Assembly (NCBI GenBank): GCA_964456845.1
Contig: CAYWCV010000002.1
Coordinates: 15,314-79,313, forward strand
DNA length: 64,000 bases
From: an uncultured Chitinophagales bacterium
GTDB taxonomy: Bacteria; Bacteroidota; Rhodothermia; Balneolales; CAYWCV01
Reading direction: 5' to 3'
Part shown: piece by piece, positions 1 to 9,377 of the stretch
Numbering within the stretch: the first letter of the stretch is position 1
How the letters are laid out: each line of letters starts with the position of its first letter
The notes under the pieces: generated by a model
What the model was told of the DNA's origin: nothing
What the model saw: only the letters and a program-made list of their open reading frames with translations
Databases searched by the model: none
Made by a program: the position numbers and the translations under genes

Positions 1-2
1 AA

Positions 3-137
3 GCCGACATAAGGCTAACCAAGCGCCTGATAGATGCAGGGCGAACTCTTGGCATACCACTCGAAGACCATCTACTTGTGGCCGGACACGATTATGTCAG
101 CTTTCGGGCACGAAATATCGTCCCCTTTTCGGCCTGA
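3..137 (+). CDS. RadC-like JAB-domain protein, C-terminal fragment (N-terminus lies outside the window)
   Basis: Frame 3 reads ADIRLTKRLIDAGRTLGIPLEDHLLVAGHDYVSFRARNIVPFSA*, with TGA at 135-137. This matches the conserved RadC C-terminal pattern (D..T.RL..AG..LGI.L.DH..V....Y.SF). The fragment is not in the supplied ORF track because it has no start. Confidence 0.55.
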   Translation, partial: ADIRLTKRLIDAGRTLGIPLEDHLLVAGHDYVSFRARNIVPFSA

Positions 138-191
138 GCCCATCCTTCGGCTCAATATCCGTATATTTCGGGTCTAACACATTTATCGTCT

Positions 192-1829
192 ATGAAAGAA
201 TATCTCAAGAAAATCGTAACCGACGCCCTCGTAAAAGTGGCAGGATCCACCGATAATTTACCCGACGTGATTATCGAGAAACCGCGCATCCCTGAGCATG
301 GCGATGCAGCCACCAACGTGGCCCTCGCCGCCGCTAAGTCACTTGGCAAGCCACCCCGCCAGATCGCGGAGGCATTGGTGGCCGCCATGCATGTCGACCC
401 TGCTGCACTCTCGGCCGTTGAGATAGCAGGACCAGGATTCATCAACTTTCGCTTCGCACAAGGTTGGACCCAAAGGCAACTTGGTCGCATTTTGGAAGAG
501 CCGCATGCTTACGGCAAAACAGCTGCCAACGCTGGCAGGCGCATCCAAGTCGAATTTGTGAGCGCCAACCCTACGGGCCCTCTTACCGTCGGCCACGGAC
601 GTAATGCCGTTTTGGGCGACACCATCGCACGCATGTTCGAATGGACAGGGGCGATCGTGGAACGTGAGTACTATTTCAACGACGCCGGACGCCAAATGCG
701 AGTCCTAGGTGAATCGGTCCAGATTCGTTACAAACAACTTCTTGGCGAGGCTATCGAGCTCCCCGAAGGACACTACGAGGGCGAATATATTCGCGACATC
801 GCACAGGTGTTGTATAACCGTGTTGGCGACAGTCTGAAGTCAACCGACGACGTAGCCGAGTTTACAGCCGCCGCCCGCGATGCCATGTTCGACGACATCA
901 AGACAACGCTCGACCGGATGAAGATCCATATGGACACCTTCTTCAACGAGCACAACCTGTACACCGATGGGTCCATCGAGCGCGTCGTTCAACGCCTGCG
1001 CGACAAGGGGCTGGCATACGATGCCGAAGGCGCAACCTGGTTCAAGACTACAGCGTTCGGCAAAGAGAAGGACACCGTTTTGATCAAATCGACGGGCGAG
1101 CCAACCTACCGCCTACCCGACATTGCCTACCACATCCAAAAGCTGGATCGTGGATTTGACCTTTGTGTCGACATCTTCGGCGCTGACCATATTGCCACCT
1201 ATCCCGACGTGCTTTCGGCACTTGAGGCGCTCGATTACGACAGCAAGCGCGTAAATGTGATGGTGTACCAGTTCGTGACCATCGTACAGGACGGTCAGCC
1301 GTTCAAAATGAGCACGCGTAAGGCAAATTTCATCACGCTCGACGAGCTGATGAACGAAGTTGGAGCCGACGTGACCCGCTTCTTCTTCCTGATGCGCGCC
1401 CCTGGCACCCATCTTGAGTTCGACATCGCACAAGCGAAAGACGCCAGCGACAAGAACCCCGTGTATTACCTGCAGTATGCTAATGCGCGGGTTCAAAGCA
1501 TTCTGCGTAAGGCCGATGAGGTGATAACCGACCTGCCCGTCAGCCCCGACCTTGCCCTGCTGGAGCATGAGGCTGAAATGGCCCTGATCAAGATCCTGCT
1601 CGATTTCCCTGACGTGGTGCAACGCAGCGCCGAGGCGATGGAACCGCACCGAATCATAACCTACTTAAACGATGTGGCCGCCACCTTCACCCACTTCTAT
1701 CACCATTGTCGCATCATTGGTGAGAGCAACGAAATGGCAGCGGCTCGTATCGGTCTTCTGAGGGCCACAACTTCCGTGCTTGTAAACGGCCTTACGATCC
1801 TTGGGATATCGGCACCTGATCGGATGTAG
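192..1829 (+). CDS. argS: Arginine--tRNA ligase
   Basis: 545-aa ORF. It has the class I signature region 'SANPTGPLTVGHGRNAVLGD', the 'FKMSTRK' (KMSK-type) motif and an ArgRS-type C-terminal anticodon-binding end '...GISAPDRM'. Confidence 0.95.
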   Translation: MKEYLKKIVTDALVKVAGSTDNLPDVIIEKPRIPEHGDAATNVALAAAKSLGKPPRQIAEALVAAMHVDPAALSAVEIAGPGFINFRFAQGWTQRQLGRILEEPHAYGKTAANAGRRIQVEFVSANPTGPLTVGHGRNAVLGDTIARMFEWTGAIVEREYYFNDAGRQMRVLGESVQIRYKQLLGEAIELPEGHYEGEYIRDIAQVLYNRVGDSLKSTDDVAEFTAAARDAMFDDIKTTLDRMKIHMDTFFNEHNLYTDGSIERVVQRLRDKGLAYDAEGATWFKTTAFGKEKDTVLIKSTGEPTYRLPDIAYHIQKLDRGFDLCVDIFGADHIATYPDVLSALEALDYDSKRVNVMVYQFVTIVQDGQPFKMSTRKANFITLDELMNEVGADVTRFFFLMRAPGTHLEFDIAQAKDASDKNPVYYLQYANARVQSILRKADEVITDLPVSPDLALLEHEAEMALIKILLDFPDVVQRSAEAMEPHRIITYLNDVAATFTHFYHHCRIIGESNEMAAARIGLLRATTSVLVNGLTILGISAPDRM

Positions 1830-1832
1830 AAT

Positions 1833-2645
1833 TTACACCGCATGCATCAAGCTGAAGCACACGATTCCACGCACGATCTGCTCATCGACGCGGAATCCGC
1901 ACTGCTCGAAAAGCTGATTGCTCTCGGCTCGCGTCCAGAACTGGAGCCCACCAAGACTGGCCGACTGCTGCAACATGCGGCCATACCATGAGCCTGCTGT
2001 GAGCAGATGCATGTTGAAAAGCCGTCCACCTGGCTTCAACACCCTGCGGCATTCGTAAAGCACCTTCCGCGGATCGGCAAACTCATTGAGGCTACCGCCG
2101 ATCACGATGGCGTCGAAGGTGCCCGCAAAGAACGGCATATCCCCCGCGTCGGCACGCACCAAGCACGCCCGCAACCCCTCCGTCTTCAGGCGCCGACGGG
2201 CCTCCTCCAACATGGGGACGGCAAAGTCGAGTCCGACCACATGGCTGTCAGGCTCCGCCTTTGCCAATGCCCGTGCATACAAGGCCGTCGAGCAGCCCAC
2301 ATCCAGTATCAGCTCCCCAGGTTTTGGCTTCACCCACTGAACCAGCAGGCGTTGCTCCTCCTCAATGGGGAAATTTTCGCCCGTGAGAACCCCAAGGCTG
2401 TTTACCCGCCATGTATCTTCGTACACCGTGGCTGTCAATGACCAATGATTGCTCCTCTGGGCCATCGTAATGCCATCAGGAATGTCGCCGATCATGTCGA
2501 CGATGCTATCGTTCACCGGATATTCGTCGCCGTACTTGGAGCACACGGAACCATTCACGGCCTTTTGGGGGTCGAATATCTCGTTGGGCACCTGAATGGC
2601 CGCCCGGTCGTGTTGTGGTGACCGCAATGTGAGGTGAGATGTCAT
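1833..2645 (-). CDS. Class I SAM-dependent methyltransferase
   Basis: 270 aa with SAM-binding motif I 'ILDVGCSTALYARALA' and post-I 'VVGLDFAVPML'. Substrate unknown. Confidence 0.75.
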   Translation of the reverse strand: MTSHLTLRSPQHDRAAIQVPNEIFDPQKAVNGSVCSKYGDEYPVNDSIVDMIGDIPDGITMAQRSNHWSLTATVYEDTWRVNSLGVLTGENFPIEEEQRLLVQWVKPKPGELILDVGCSTALYARALAKAEPDSHVVGLDFAVPMLEEARRRLKTEGLRACLVRADAGDMPFFAGTFDAIVIGGSLNEFADPRKVLYECRRVLKPGGRLFNMHLLTAGSWYGRMLQQSASLGGLQFWTRAESNQLFEQCGFRVDEQIVRGIVCFSLMHAV

Positions 2646-2676
2646 TCTTATGTCCTACGAGTATGCTTGAAGCAAG

Positions 2677-3486
2677 TTACAGCGCCTTGTCGCGTATCAC
2701 CGAAATAGCGGCACCCTGATAAACACCCAACAGCTGTGCAGCGTTGCCTTTGTTGATGGCTATTTCAAGCGTGTCTGAACTGCCGATGAGAGCCGCCGCC
2801 TCACCCTCGGGCACGGACCCGTACGTCGGTACCAACCCACGCAAGATCTGCGTGCCCACATAGATGCGCAATTCCTCGTTGGGGCCAAAGTTACGGACCA
2901 GATCTGCCGGGATGTTCGTCATTAAATTCCCAAATCGGTCAATGTGAACGATCCATCCCTGTATGCCGTGCCTGTCGCTGGCCGGTATTGCCCAATGCGA
3001 AACCTGAAGTGCAGCGACTGATGGACCTAAATCTTTCAGATCAACTCCAATTGCCAGATGCGCCGCCACCGGTGCAAAGATGTCCCTTCCATGAAACGTG
3101 GACGAAGGACTCGAGGTAAGCCAGTAATCCTGGTTTCTCAATTCCACACATTCAACCGGCTCGTTGTCGGTCACCAACGAGAACATGCCGTTGTCGGGGC
3201 CAACAAAATATTGACCTCGATGTTTGAATGCCACCGGTCTGCGGTTGGTGCCGACACCGGGATCCACTACCGCCAAGTGAACGGTACCCTCGGGAAACAG
3301 ATAGGCGGAGTGTTTGAGTATCCAAGCTCCACCCAGCAGATCCTGTGCTTTTACCTCGTGGGTGATGTCTACCAGTTGCACACGGTCGCTCACGCTCAAC
3401 ATCACCGCCTTCATGGCCGCCACATAGTAGTCGGACGTCCCAAAGTCGGTCGTCAGTGTGACAAGGGACCGCGGCATGGCGATCAA
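2677..3486 (-). CDS. SAM hydrolase / SAM-dependent halogenase family protein (DUF62, S-adenosyl-L-methionine hydroxide adenosyltransferase-like)
   Basis: 269 aa. N-terminus 'LVTLTTDFGTSDYYVAAMKAVM' and 'HLAVVDPGVGT.RR' are hallmarks of the family. The start overlaps the dnaN stop by 4 nt. Confidence 0.75.
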   Translation of the reverse strand: MIAMPRSLVTLTTDFGTSDYYVAAMKAVMLSVSDRVQLVDITHEVKAQDLLGGAWILKHSAYLFPEGTVHLAVVDPGVGTNRRPVAFKHRGQYFVGPDNGMFSLVTDNEPVECVELRNQDYWLTSSPSSTFHGRDIFAPVAAHLAIGVDLKDLGPSVAALQVSHWAIPASDRHGIQGWIVHIDRFGNLMTNIPADLVRNFGPNEELRIYVGTQILRGLVPTYGSVPEGEAAALIGSSDTLEIAINKGNAAQLLGVYQGAAISVIRDKAL

Positions 3487-4598
3487 CCCTGGGTGTTCAG
3501 CATCACTGGCATGATGAGCATGAGCAAGTCCTCGTCCGCAGCCTGCTCGAGGGGCTGAACGATACCGGCACGGTTTGGCGTCGAGAACGCGAAGGTCACT
3601 TCTTCGCTTGGAATATTGTTGAGTACGTCGGCTAGATATCGGGCGTTGAAGCCTATGACCATGTCTTCTGCGTCATACTGACACTTAATCGACTCGCGCG
3701 CCTCGCTGCTCATCTCGTAGTCTTCGGCAAAGATGCTCACCTCGTCCTGAGTCAAATTTAGACGGATTTGGCGGGTTGTCGTGCTCGAAAAAATGGACAC
3801 ACGGCGCACCGTTGCAAGCATGTCGCTTTTCGCGACGGTCATGATCTTCTCGTTCTCCTTCGGAATCACGTTCTCGTAGTTCGGATACGACTCGTTGATC
3901 AGGCGGGCAATCACCTCCGCTACACCATTTGTAAAACGCACATGGTGTTTCGTGATTTGCATTTTTGTCTCGCCACCATTTAAGGTTCGGGTTACCTGTG
4001 CGAGAGCTTTATCAGGTACGATGAAGTTGACGGGCACGTCACCCTTCATGTCGTATTTCACAAGGCGCACCAAGCGGTGACCGTCAGTTGCTACCAGTCG
4101 TGTCTTCTCCTCGTCCACCTGAAAGTAAACACCCATCATATTCGGACGCAGATCGTCGGTCGATACTGCAAAACGGGACTTCTCGATAGCGGAAGTGAGC
4201 GACTCTGTGTCGACGATGATCGTGGTACCCTCGTTCACCGACGGCAACATCGGGAAATCCTCGGCCTTGGCTCCGACAAGCTTGTAGGCCCCACGGTCGG
4301 TGCGGAACTTTACGATGCATCGGTCATCAATGTCGAACGACAGCGGGATGTCGGGAAGCTGACGCATCGTGTCGAGCAGGCGACGGGCCGGTATAGCCAC
4401 TGAGCCGTCTTGCACGATCTCGGCAGGTAACTGCTCGACGATGTAAATCTCATTGTCAGTGGCGGTGAGCCTGAGGGCTCCGTCTACACTTTCGAACAAT
4501 ACGTTTTCAAGGATGGGAAGCGTCGCTTTGCTGGGAACAACGCCGGCAACGGCCGATAATGCTTTAACAAGTTCTCCGCTGGTGATGTTAAATTTCAT
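3483..4598 (-). CDS. dnaN: DNA polymerase III beta subunit (sliding clamp)
   Basis: The ORF track runs 3483..4631. The likely start is the internal ATG at 4598, giving 'MKFNITSGELVKALSAVAGVVPSKATLPILENVLFE', the canonical DnaN N-terminus. Three-domain length (~371 aa). Confidence 0.95.
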   Translation of the reverse strand: MKFNITSGELVKALSAVAGVVPSKATLPILENVLFESVDGALRLTATDNEIYIVEQLPAEIVQDGSVAIPARRLLDTMRQLPDIPLSFDIDDRCIVKFRTDRGAYKLVGAKAEDFPMLPSVNEGTTIIVDTESLTSAIEKSRFAVSTDDLRPNMMGVYFQVDEEKTRLVATDGHRLVRLVKYDMKGDVPVNFIVPDKALAQVTRTLNGGETKMQITKHHVRFTNGVAEVIARLINESYPNYENVIPKENEKIMTVAKSDMLATVRRVSIFSSTTTRQIRLNLTQDEVSIFAEDYEMSSEARESIKCQYDAEDMVIGFNARYLADVLNNIPSEEVTFAFSTPNRAGIVQPLEQAADEDLLMLIMPVMLNTQG

Positions 4599-4794
4599 AA
4601 ACGGAATGTGGTTACCGGCATGCGCTTGCACACCGCTTGATGATGATTTTCAAAAAGATTGTACAGATGCCCAATAATACAAGAAAAATCGCTCGAATGG
4701 TACAGCTATCCCTCCCAAATGGCATCGCGGCAAGAATTGATTCCGGCAAAGGCAACAGATGAATAAAGTAAGCGTTATTTTGGCGAGACGCGGG

Positions 4795-4824
4795 AGCAAG
4801 AGCAAGAGTAAGAGTAAGATAAAG
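4795..4824. repeat. Hexanucleotide array (AGYAAG)x5
   Basis: Read directly: agcaag agcaag agtaag agtaag ataaag. This is the reverse complement of the CTTGCT array at 4939-4980. Confidence 0.9.
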
Positions 4825-4851
4825 TCACAGTTTGGAAACATAGATTGTAGC

Positions 4852-6015
4852 ATGAAAACAGAAGACATCTTTCAATTCAATTTAGACAAGCTCAATCGAG
4901 CATCAGCACGAGGGCACTCACCTGCAGTTGCTCCTGCCGTTGCTCTTGTTCTTGCTCTTGCTCTTGCTCTTGTTCTTGTTCTCGCCCCCACCGCATCGGC
5001 TCAATTCGTGAACGCCAAATACGGCGGCGACTTTCTGAGCATCGGTGCAGGCGCACGCGCCCTCGGCATGGGTTCGGCCTATGTGGCTGTTGCCGACGAG
5101 GTGACGGCGGCATACTGGAATCCTGCGGGGCTTAACGGCATCACAACTTATCAGGGCTCCTACATGCACTCCGAGCGATTTAGCGGTGTAGTCAGCTATG
5201 ATTACGCCGGTTTCGTGCTTCCCGCAAACAATCGCGGTGTCCTGGCACTCAGTGTCTTCCGGCAGGGGGTCGATAACATCAAGAACACCCTCAACGTCTA
5301 CAACGACGCCAATGGCATCCCAGATCCTTCGCAGATAACGACCTTCAGTGCAACCGACATGGCCGTGTTCCTGACATACGCGAATGTATTTCGTGAAAAG
5401 CTGAACTGGGGGGTATCGGCTAAGGTGATCAACTCACGACTTGGACCGTTTGCCGACGCTTGGGGATACAGCTTAGATCTTGGCCTGCAAAAACGCACCG
5501 GCGACTTAAGCTGGGGTGTGAACCTTATGGACGCCACAACGCTGATGAAGTTCTGGTCGGTCGACCGTCAGGCTCTTGCGAATATCGGCGATATCAATGG
5601 CGACGAAATTCCTGAAGGGCAAAATGAGCGCGTCCTGCCAACCCTGAAAGCGGGTGTGGCCAAACGTTTTTACCTCCCCGACCTGGTGGTCACAACCGCG
5701 GCGGATGTCGACGTCCGCTTCGAAGGCCGAAAAGCATTCTATTTGAACACGGGCGACATCAGCTACGAGCCCAACATCGGGGCCGAATTTAGCTATAAGG
5801 AGCTTGTACACATACGTGCCGGACTCACCCAGTTCAGCACAGACACACTATCGTCCAAGCTGTACGTAAACCCCACAGTTGGAGCTGGCATCACCATTGG
5901 CATGGTACAGGTCGATTATGGCTTCAGCCGCAGCCCCTTCGATCTGGGCAACACACACAGGGTTTCTCTGATGGTAAATCTCCAACGTCGCGAAGAACCG
6001 GCAACACGTCAGTAA
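4852..6015 (+). CDS. PorV/PorQ-like (FadL-fold) outer-membrane beta-barrel protein
   Basis: The motif 'FLSIGAGARALGMGSAYVAVADEVTAAYWNPAGL' is typical of the T9SS PorV/PorQ barrel family. Signal peptide '...ALVLALALALVLVLAPTASAQ'. The start is ambiguous: the track gives 4759, and I prefer ATG 4852 because the upstream 'SKSKSKSKIK' is just the hexamer repeat. Confidence 0.55.
   Translation: MKTEDIFQFNLDKLNRASARGHSPAVAPAVALVLALALALVLVLAPTASAQFVNAKYGGDFLSIGAGARALGMGSAYVAVADEVTAAYWNPAGLNGITTYQGSYMHSERFSGVVSYDYAGFVLPANNRGVLALSVFRQGVDNIKNTLNVYNDANGIPDPSQITTFSATDMAVFLTYANVFREKLNWGVSAKVINSRLGPFADAWGYSLDLGLQKRTGDLSWGVNLMDATTLMKFWSVDRQALANIGDINGDEIPEGQNERVLPTLKAGVAKRFYLPDLVVTTAADVDVRFEGRKAFYLNTGDISYEPNIGAEFSYKELVHIRAGLTQFSTDTLSSKLYVNPTVGAGITIGMVQVDYGFSRSPFDLGNTHRVSLMVNLQRREEPATRQ
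4939..4980. repeat. Hexanucleotide array (CTTGYT)n inside the signal-peptide coding region
   Basis: Read directly: gttgct cttgtt cttgct cttgct cttgct cttgtt cttgtt. It encodes 'VALVLALALALVLVL'. The 22-mer at 4951-4972 is identical to 33355-33376. Confidence 0.9.
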
Positions 6016-6032
6016 CCTGCGTATCTTCACGC

Positions 6033-6956
6033 ATGGATCTCTTCATTGTTGGACCAACTGCTTCAGGTAAGACTGCACTTTCCATCGAGCTTGCTGAGCG
6101 TATAGGGTCTCCGATCATATCGGCCGACTCGAGGCAGTGCTACAAGGGAATGGACATCGGAACCGCCAAACCATCGGCCAGTGAGCTTGCACGTGCTGCA
6201 CATTACAACGTCTCGATTTTCGATCCTGACCAGAAGGATGACGCTGCTGCATTTGTCAATCGCGTCAATGGCTGGAAAATTGACCATCCCCATCCAAATT
6301 GGATCATTGTCGGTGGAAGTACCTTGTATCTCCAGTCGTTGCTTTTTCCGCTCGACGACATCCCCAAAAGCGACCCCCTCTTACAATCGGAAATTGAAGA
6401 CGATATTCTGAAGCACGGCCTGCAATTGGCATGGGATCGCCTGAATCATCTCGACCCAGTATATGCCAGACAGATGGACGGTCTGAACCACCAACGTATC
6501 GTGCGTGCCCTGTGCGTGTGCATTCAGACGGGCAAACCATTCAGCTCTTTCCACCGAAGGGATGGGTTTCAAGCACCCGAGAATGCGCGTGTCTTTGGGA
6601 TGCAACTCGACCGCCACAACCTTGTCGAGAGGATCGAGACCCGTGTGGATTCCATGATACGTGAGGGCTTGGTCGACGAGGTGCGTCAATTATTGAAGCT
6701 TGGTTATGACAGGAATTGCATAGCACTTAAGACGGTCGGTTACTCCGAGGTGTTCGACTATCTCGATGGAACAATCGGTCATGACCAGATGGTGAGCCAA
6801 ATCAAGGCTCATACACGTCAATACGCACGACGCCAGATGACCTGGTTCAGACGGTGGCCGTTCATAGAATGGATCGACACCGATGGCATATCCACTTCCG
6901 TTGCAGCGGCAATCATAACAGAAAGGCTCGATTCGGTGGAAACACAACGAAAATAG
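6033..6956 (+). CDS. miaA: tRNA dimethylallyltransferase
   Basis: 307 aa with P-loop 'GPTASGKTALSIELA' followed by 'ISADSRQCYKGMDIGTAKPS'. Confidence 0.92.
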   Translation: MDLFIVGPTASGKTALSIELAERIGSPIISADSRQCYKGMDIGTAKPSASELARAAHYNVSIFDPDQKDDAAAFVNRVNGWKIDHPHPNWIIVGGSTLYLQSLLFPLDDIPKSDPLLQSEIEDDILKHGLQLAWDRLNHLDPVYARQMDGLNHQRIVRALCVCIQTGKPFSSFHRRDGFQAPENARVFGMQLDRHNLVERIETRVDSMIREGLVDEVRQLLKLGYDRNCIALKTVGYSEVFDYLDGTIGHDQMVSQIKAHTRQYARRQMTWFRRWPFIEWIDTDGISTSVAAAIITERLDSVETQRK

Positions 6957-6992
6957 CCGTAATTTTAGCTTTTTGATCTTTTTACAAAGCAC

Positions 6993-7241
6993 ATGTACAA
7001 GGCCACCATATTCGTAACATTGCGCCCATCCATTCTCGATCCAAAGGGAAAGGCCAGTCTCCACGCCCTTCAAAGCCTTGGAATGAGCTCCGTACAGGGC
7101 GTCAGGATGGGAAAATTGATCGAGATGGACATCGATGCCGGCTCAGAAGAGGATGCCCGGTCGATTGCGGTCGATTCTTGCGAAAAGCTCCTCGCCAACG
7201 TGGTAATGGAAAACTACCACATCGACATCAAGAAGGCATAA
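6993..7241 (+). CDS. purS: Phosphoribosylformylglycinamidine synthase subunit PurS
   Basis: 82 aa. 'MYKATIFVTLRPSILDPKGKA...ALQSLG' is the typical PurS fold signature. It lies upstream of purQ. Confidence 0.85.
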   Translation: MYKATIFVTLRPSILDPKGKASLHALQSLGMSSVQGVRMGKLIEMDIDAGSEEDARSIAVDSCEKLLANVVMENYHIDIKKA

Positions 7242-7252
7242 CCCCTTCTTAC

Positions 7253-7549
7253 ATGCCAATCCGCCAAACCGAACATAGCAATCCAAAGCTTCAGCCGTCT
7301 CTGTTTACCGAAACGGAGGTTGAGACGCCATGGACGCTTATCCTGTACGACGACGACATCCATACGATCGAAGAGGTGGTCTTCCAGCTCATAAAGGCCT
7401 TGGGATGCGATCAAAGCACAGCAGAGGAAATCACCATTACGGTTCACAACACGGGTAGTGCCATTGTGTACGAAGGGCTCTTTGAGGAGTGCTTCCGTAT
7501 CAACAGCGTCCTCGCAGAAATTCAGCTCATCACCGAAATTAGGGGTTAA
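7253..7549 (+). CDS. clpS: ATP-dependent Clp protease adaptor ClpS
   Basis: The core 'WTLILYDDDIHTIEEVVFQLIKALGCDQSTAEEITITVHNTGSAIV' matches the ClpS pattern. Start taken at ATG 7253; track ORF 7178 overlaps purS. Confidence 0.8.
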   Translation: MPIRQTEHSNPKLQPSLFTETEVETPWTLILYDDDIHTIEEVVFQLIKALGCDQSTAEEITITVHNTGSAIVYEGLFEECFRINSVLAEIQLITEIRG

Positions 7550-7552
7550 TCC

Positions 7553-8248
7553 ATGAAATTCACCGTTGTCGTTTTCCCTGGCTCCAACTGCGACCACGAC
7601 GCTTATCACGCTATTAAGCATGTAATGGGTCAAGAGGTACATTTTGTTTGGCACAAAGACACCGATCTTGGCAACCCAGACGTCGTGCTGCTCCCCGGAG
7701 GGTTTTCGTACGGCGACTATCTTCGCTCGGGTGCGATAGCACGGTTCTCCCCTGTAATGGAGGAGGTCATCCGCTTCGCAAACAAGGGTGGCTTGGTGAT
7801 CGGTATCTGCAACGGGTTCCAGATCCTTCTTGAAAGCGGTCTTCTGCCGGGTGCCATGTTGCATAACGAGCATCTCAAGTTCAGCTGCAAGCAGGTTCAT
7901 ATTCGCTGTGAACAAACTGATACTCCATATACGCGTGCGATGACTACGGGTCAGGTCCTTCAAATTCCAATCGCACATGGAGAGGGTAACTACATCTGCG
8001 ACGACGAAACCTTGCGTATGCTAGAGGCGGAGGGTCGTGTCGTTTTCCGCTATTGCGACGAAACTGGCAACGTGACTGCCGAATCCAACCCGAACGGCGC
8101 CATATCCAACATTGCCGGCATCTGCAGCCCAAATCGGAACGTACTCGGCATGATGCCACACCCAGAGAGGGCGGTCGAAAAGCTGCTTGGTAGCGCTGAC
8201 GGAATTTTTGTATTCGAATCCCTCATCGGCGAGGTAGTAACGCGTTAA
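7553..8248 (+). CDS. purQ: Phosphoribosylformylglycinamidine synthase I (glutaminase subunit)
   Basis: 231 aa. '[12 protein letters not shown]', '[12 protein letters not shown]', catalytic-Cys motif 'GICNGFQIL' and 'MMPHPER'. Confidence 0.93.
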   Translation: MKFTVVVFPGSNCDHDAYHAIKHVMGQEVHFVWHKDTDLGNPDVVLLPGGFSYGDYLRSGAIARFSPVMEEVIRFANKGGLVIGICNGFQILLESGLLPGAMLHNEHLKFSCKQVHIRCEQTDTPYTRAMTTGQVLQIPIAHGEGNYICDDETLRMLEAEGRVVFRYCDETGNVTAESNPNGAISNIAGICSPNRNVLGMMPHPERAVEKLLGSADGIFVFESLIGEVVTR

Positions 8249-8256
8249 CCACGGCC

Positions 8257-9024
8257 ATGACCAACGATATCAACACCGATCTTCTCGGATGCAAATCGCT
8301 GGTCAAGTCGTATAAGAAGCGCGTGGTTGTCGATGACGTCAGCATCCATGTAAACCGCGGAGAGATTGTTGGATTGCTGGGTCCAAATGGTGCCGGAAAA
8401 ACCACCACGTTCTATTCCATCGTCGGGCTGATTCGTCCTGATAGGGGTACCATTTACGTAAACGACAACGACATCAGTCGGATACCTATGTTTCGGAGAG
8501 CTCGCCTTGGCATAGGCTACCTGCCACAAGAGGCAAGCGTGTTCAGGAACTTGACCGTACGTGAAAATATTCACACGATACTGGAGTTCCAGCCATTAAC
8601 ACGTGCCGAACGCAACGAGCACACCGACTATCTCATTGATGAGTTCAGCCTCAACACCGTGGCGAACAACAAAGGATACGCCCTCTCTGGAGGGGAGCGC
8701 CGACGCACCGAAATCGCCCGCGCACTGGCAACCGATCCACGATTCCTGTTACTCGACGAACCCTTTGCGGGTGTGGACCCAATTGCGGTCGAGGATATTC
8801 AACGCATTGTGTACGCCCTCAAAAAGAGGAACATCGGCATATTGATAACCGACCACAACGTTCACGAAACACTGGCCATTACCGACCGTGCGTATTTAAT
8901 GTATGAAGGTCGTATCTTGAAGGAGGGTACCGCAGACAGCCTCGCAAACGACGAAGAGGCACGCGAAAGATACCTGGGTAGCCAATTTCGTCTTGACCGC
9001 TATAATCCAACTCAGAATCAGTAG
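8257..9024 (+). CDS. lptB: LPS export ABC transporter ATP-binding protein
   Basis: Walker A 'GPNGAGKTT', signature 'LSGGERRR', Walker B '[10 protein letters not shown]', and the LptB-typical '[18 protein letters not shown]'. Confidence 0.9.
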   Translation: MTNDINTDLLGCKSLVKSYKKRVVVDDVSIHVNRGEIVGLLGPNGAGKTTTFYSIVGLIRPDRGTIYVNDNDISRIPMFRRARLGIGYLPQEASVFRNLTVRENIHTILEFQPLTRAERNEHTDYLIDEFSLNTVANNKGYALSGGERRRTEIARALATDPRFLLLDEPFAGVDPIAVEDIQRIVYALKKRNIGILITDHNVHETLAITDRAYLMYEGRILKEGTADSLANDEEARERYLGSQFRLDRYNPTQNQ

Positions 9025-9036
9025 CAATTATTATTT

Positions 9037-9363
9037 ATGAACTCTGGCAACATAACCGTTCAGGAATTGAACGAGCGTATCAAAAACAATGAAACACTTA
9101 ACATTGTAGATGTCCGTGAACCATTTGAGCACGACATGGCCAATATTGGTGGCGCTCTTATTCCACTTGGCGATCTTCCCTACCAACTAGAGCAGTTAGA
9201 GGATCTCAAGGAACAAGAAGTGATCGTTTATTGCCGCAGTGGTAACAGAAGCGGGAGTGCGTGTCAGTTCTTGCAAAAGCAGGGTTTCAAGAATGTACGC
9301 AACCTCGAGGGTGGCATGGCTCGCTGGGTCAAGGAAATCGACCCGTCGTTACCTTTCTTTTAA
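9037..9363 (+). CDS. Rhodanese-like domain protein
   Basis: 108 aa with active-site loop 'YCRSGNRSG' and 'NLEGGM..W'. Confidence 0.85.
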   Translation: MNSGNITVQELNERIKNNETLNIVDVREPFEHDMANIGGALIPLGDLPYQLEQLEDLKEQEVIVYCRSGNRSGSACQFLQKQGFKNVRNLEGGMARWVKEIDPSLPFF

Positions 9364-9377
9364 GAGACGGCAACCCG

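Noticed and set aside
4759-4851. N-terminal extension of the PorV-like ORF ('MNKVSVILARRGSKSKSKSKIKSQ...')
   Set aside because: The Ser/Lys tract is the AGCAAG hexamer array translated, and it would add ~30 aa in front of an already long signal peptide. I prefer ATG 4852 but cannot exclude 4759.
7214-7978. 254-aa minus-strand ORF, plus similar long antisense ORFs elsewhere (14845..15495, 16650..17333, 37094..37753, 48450..49100, 52505..53092, 59753..60388, 60910..61509, 62725..63393, 34135..34755, 11728..12234)
   Set aside because: Each overlaps a confidently identified gene on the opposite strand (clpS/purQ, glgA-like, malQ, T9SS cargo, ftsK, apbC, response regulator, kinase, MBL, barrel, TPR). 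None has a recognisable motif.
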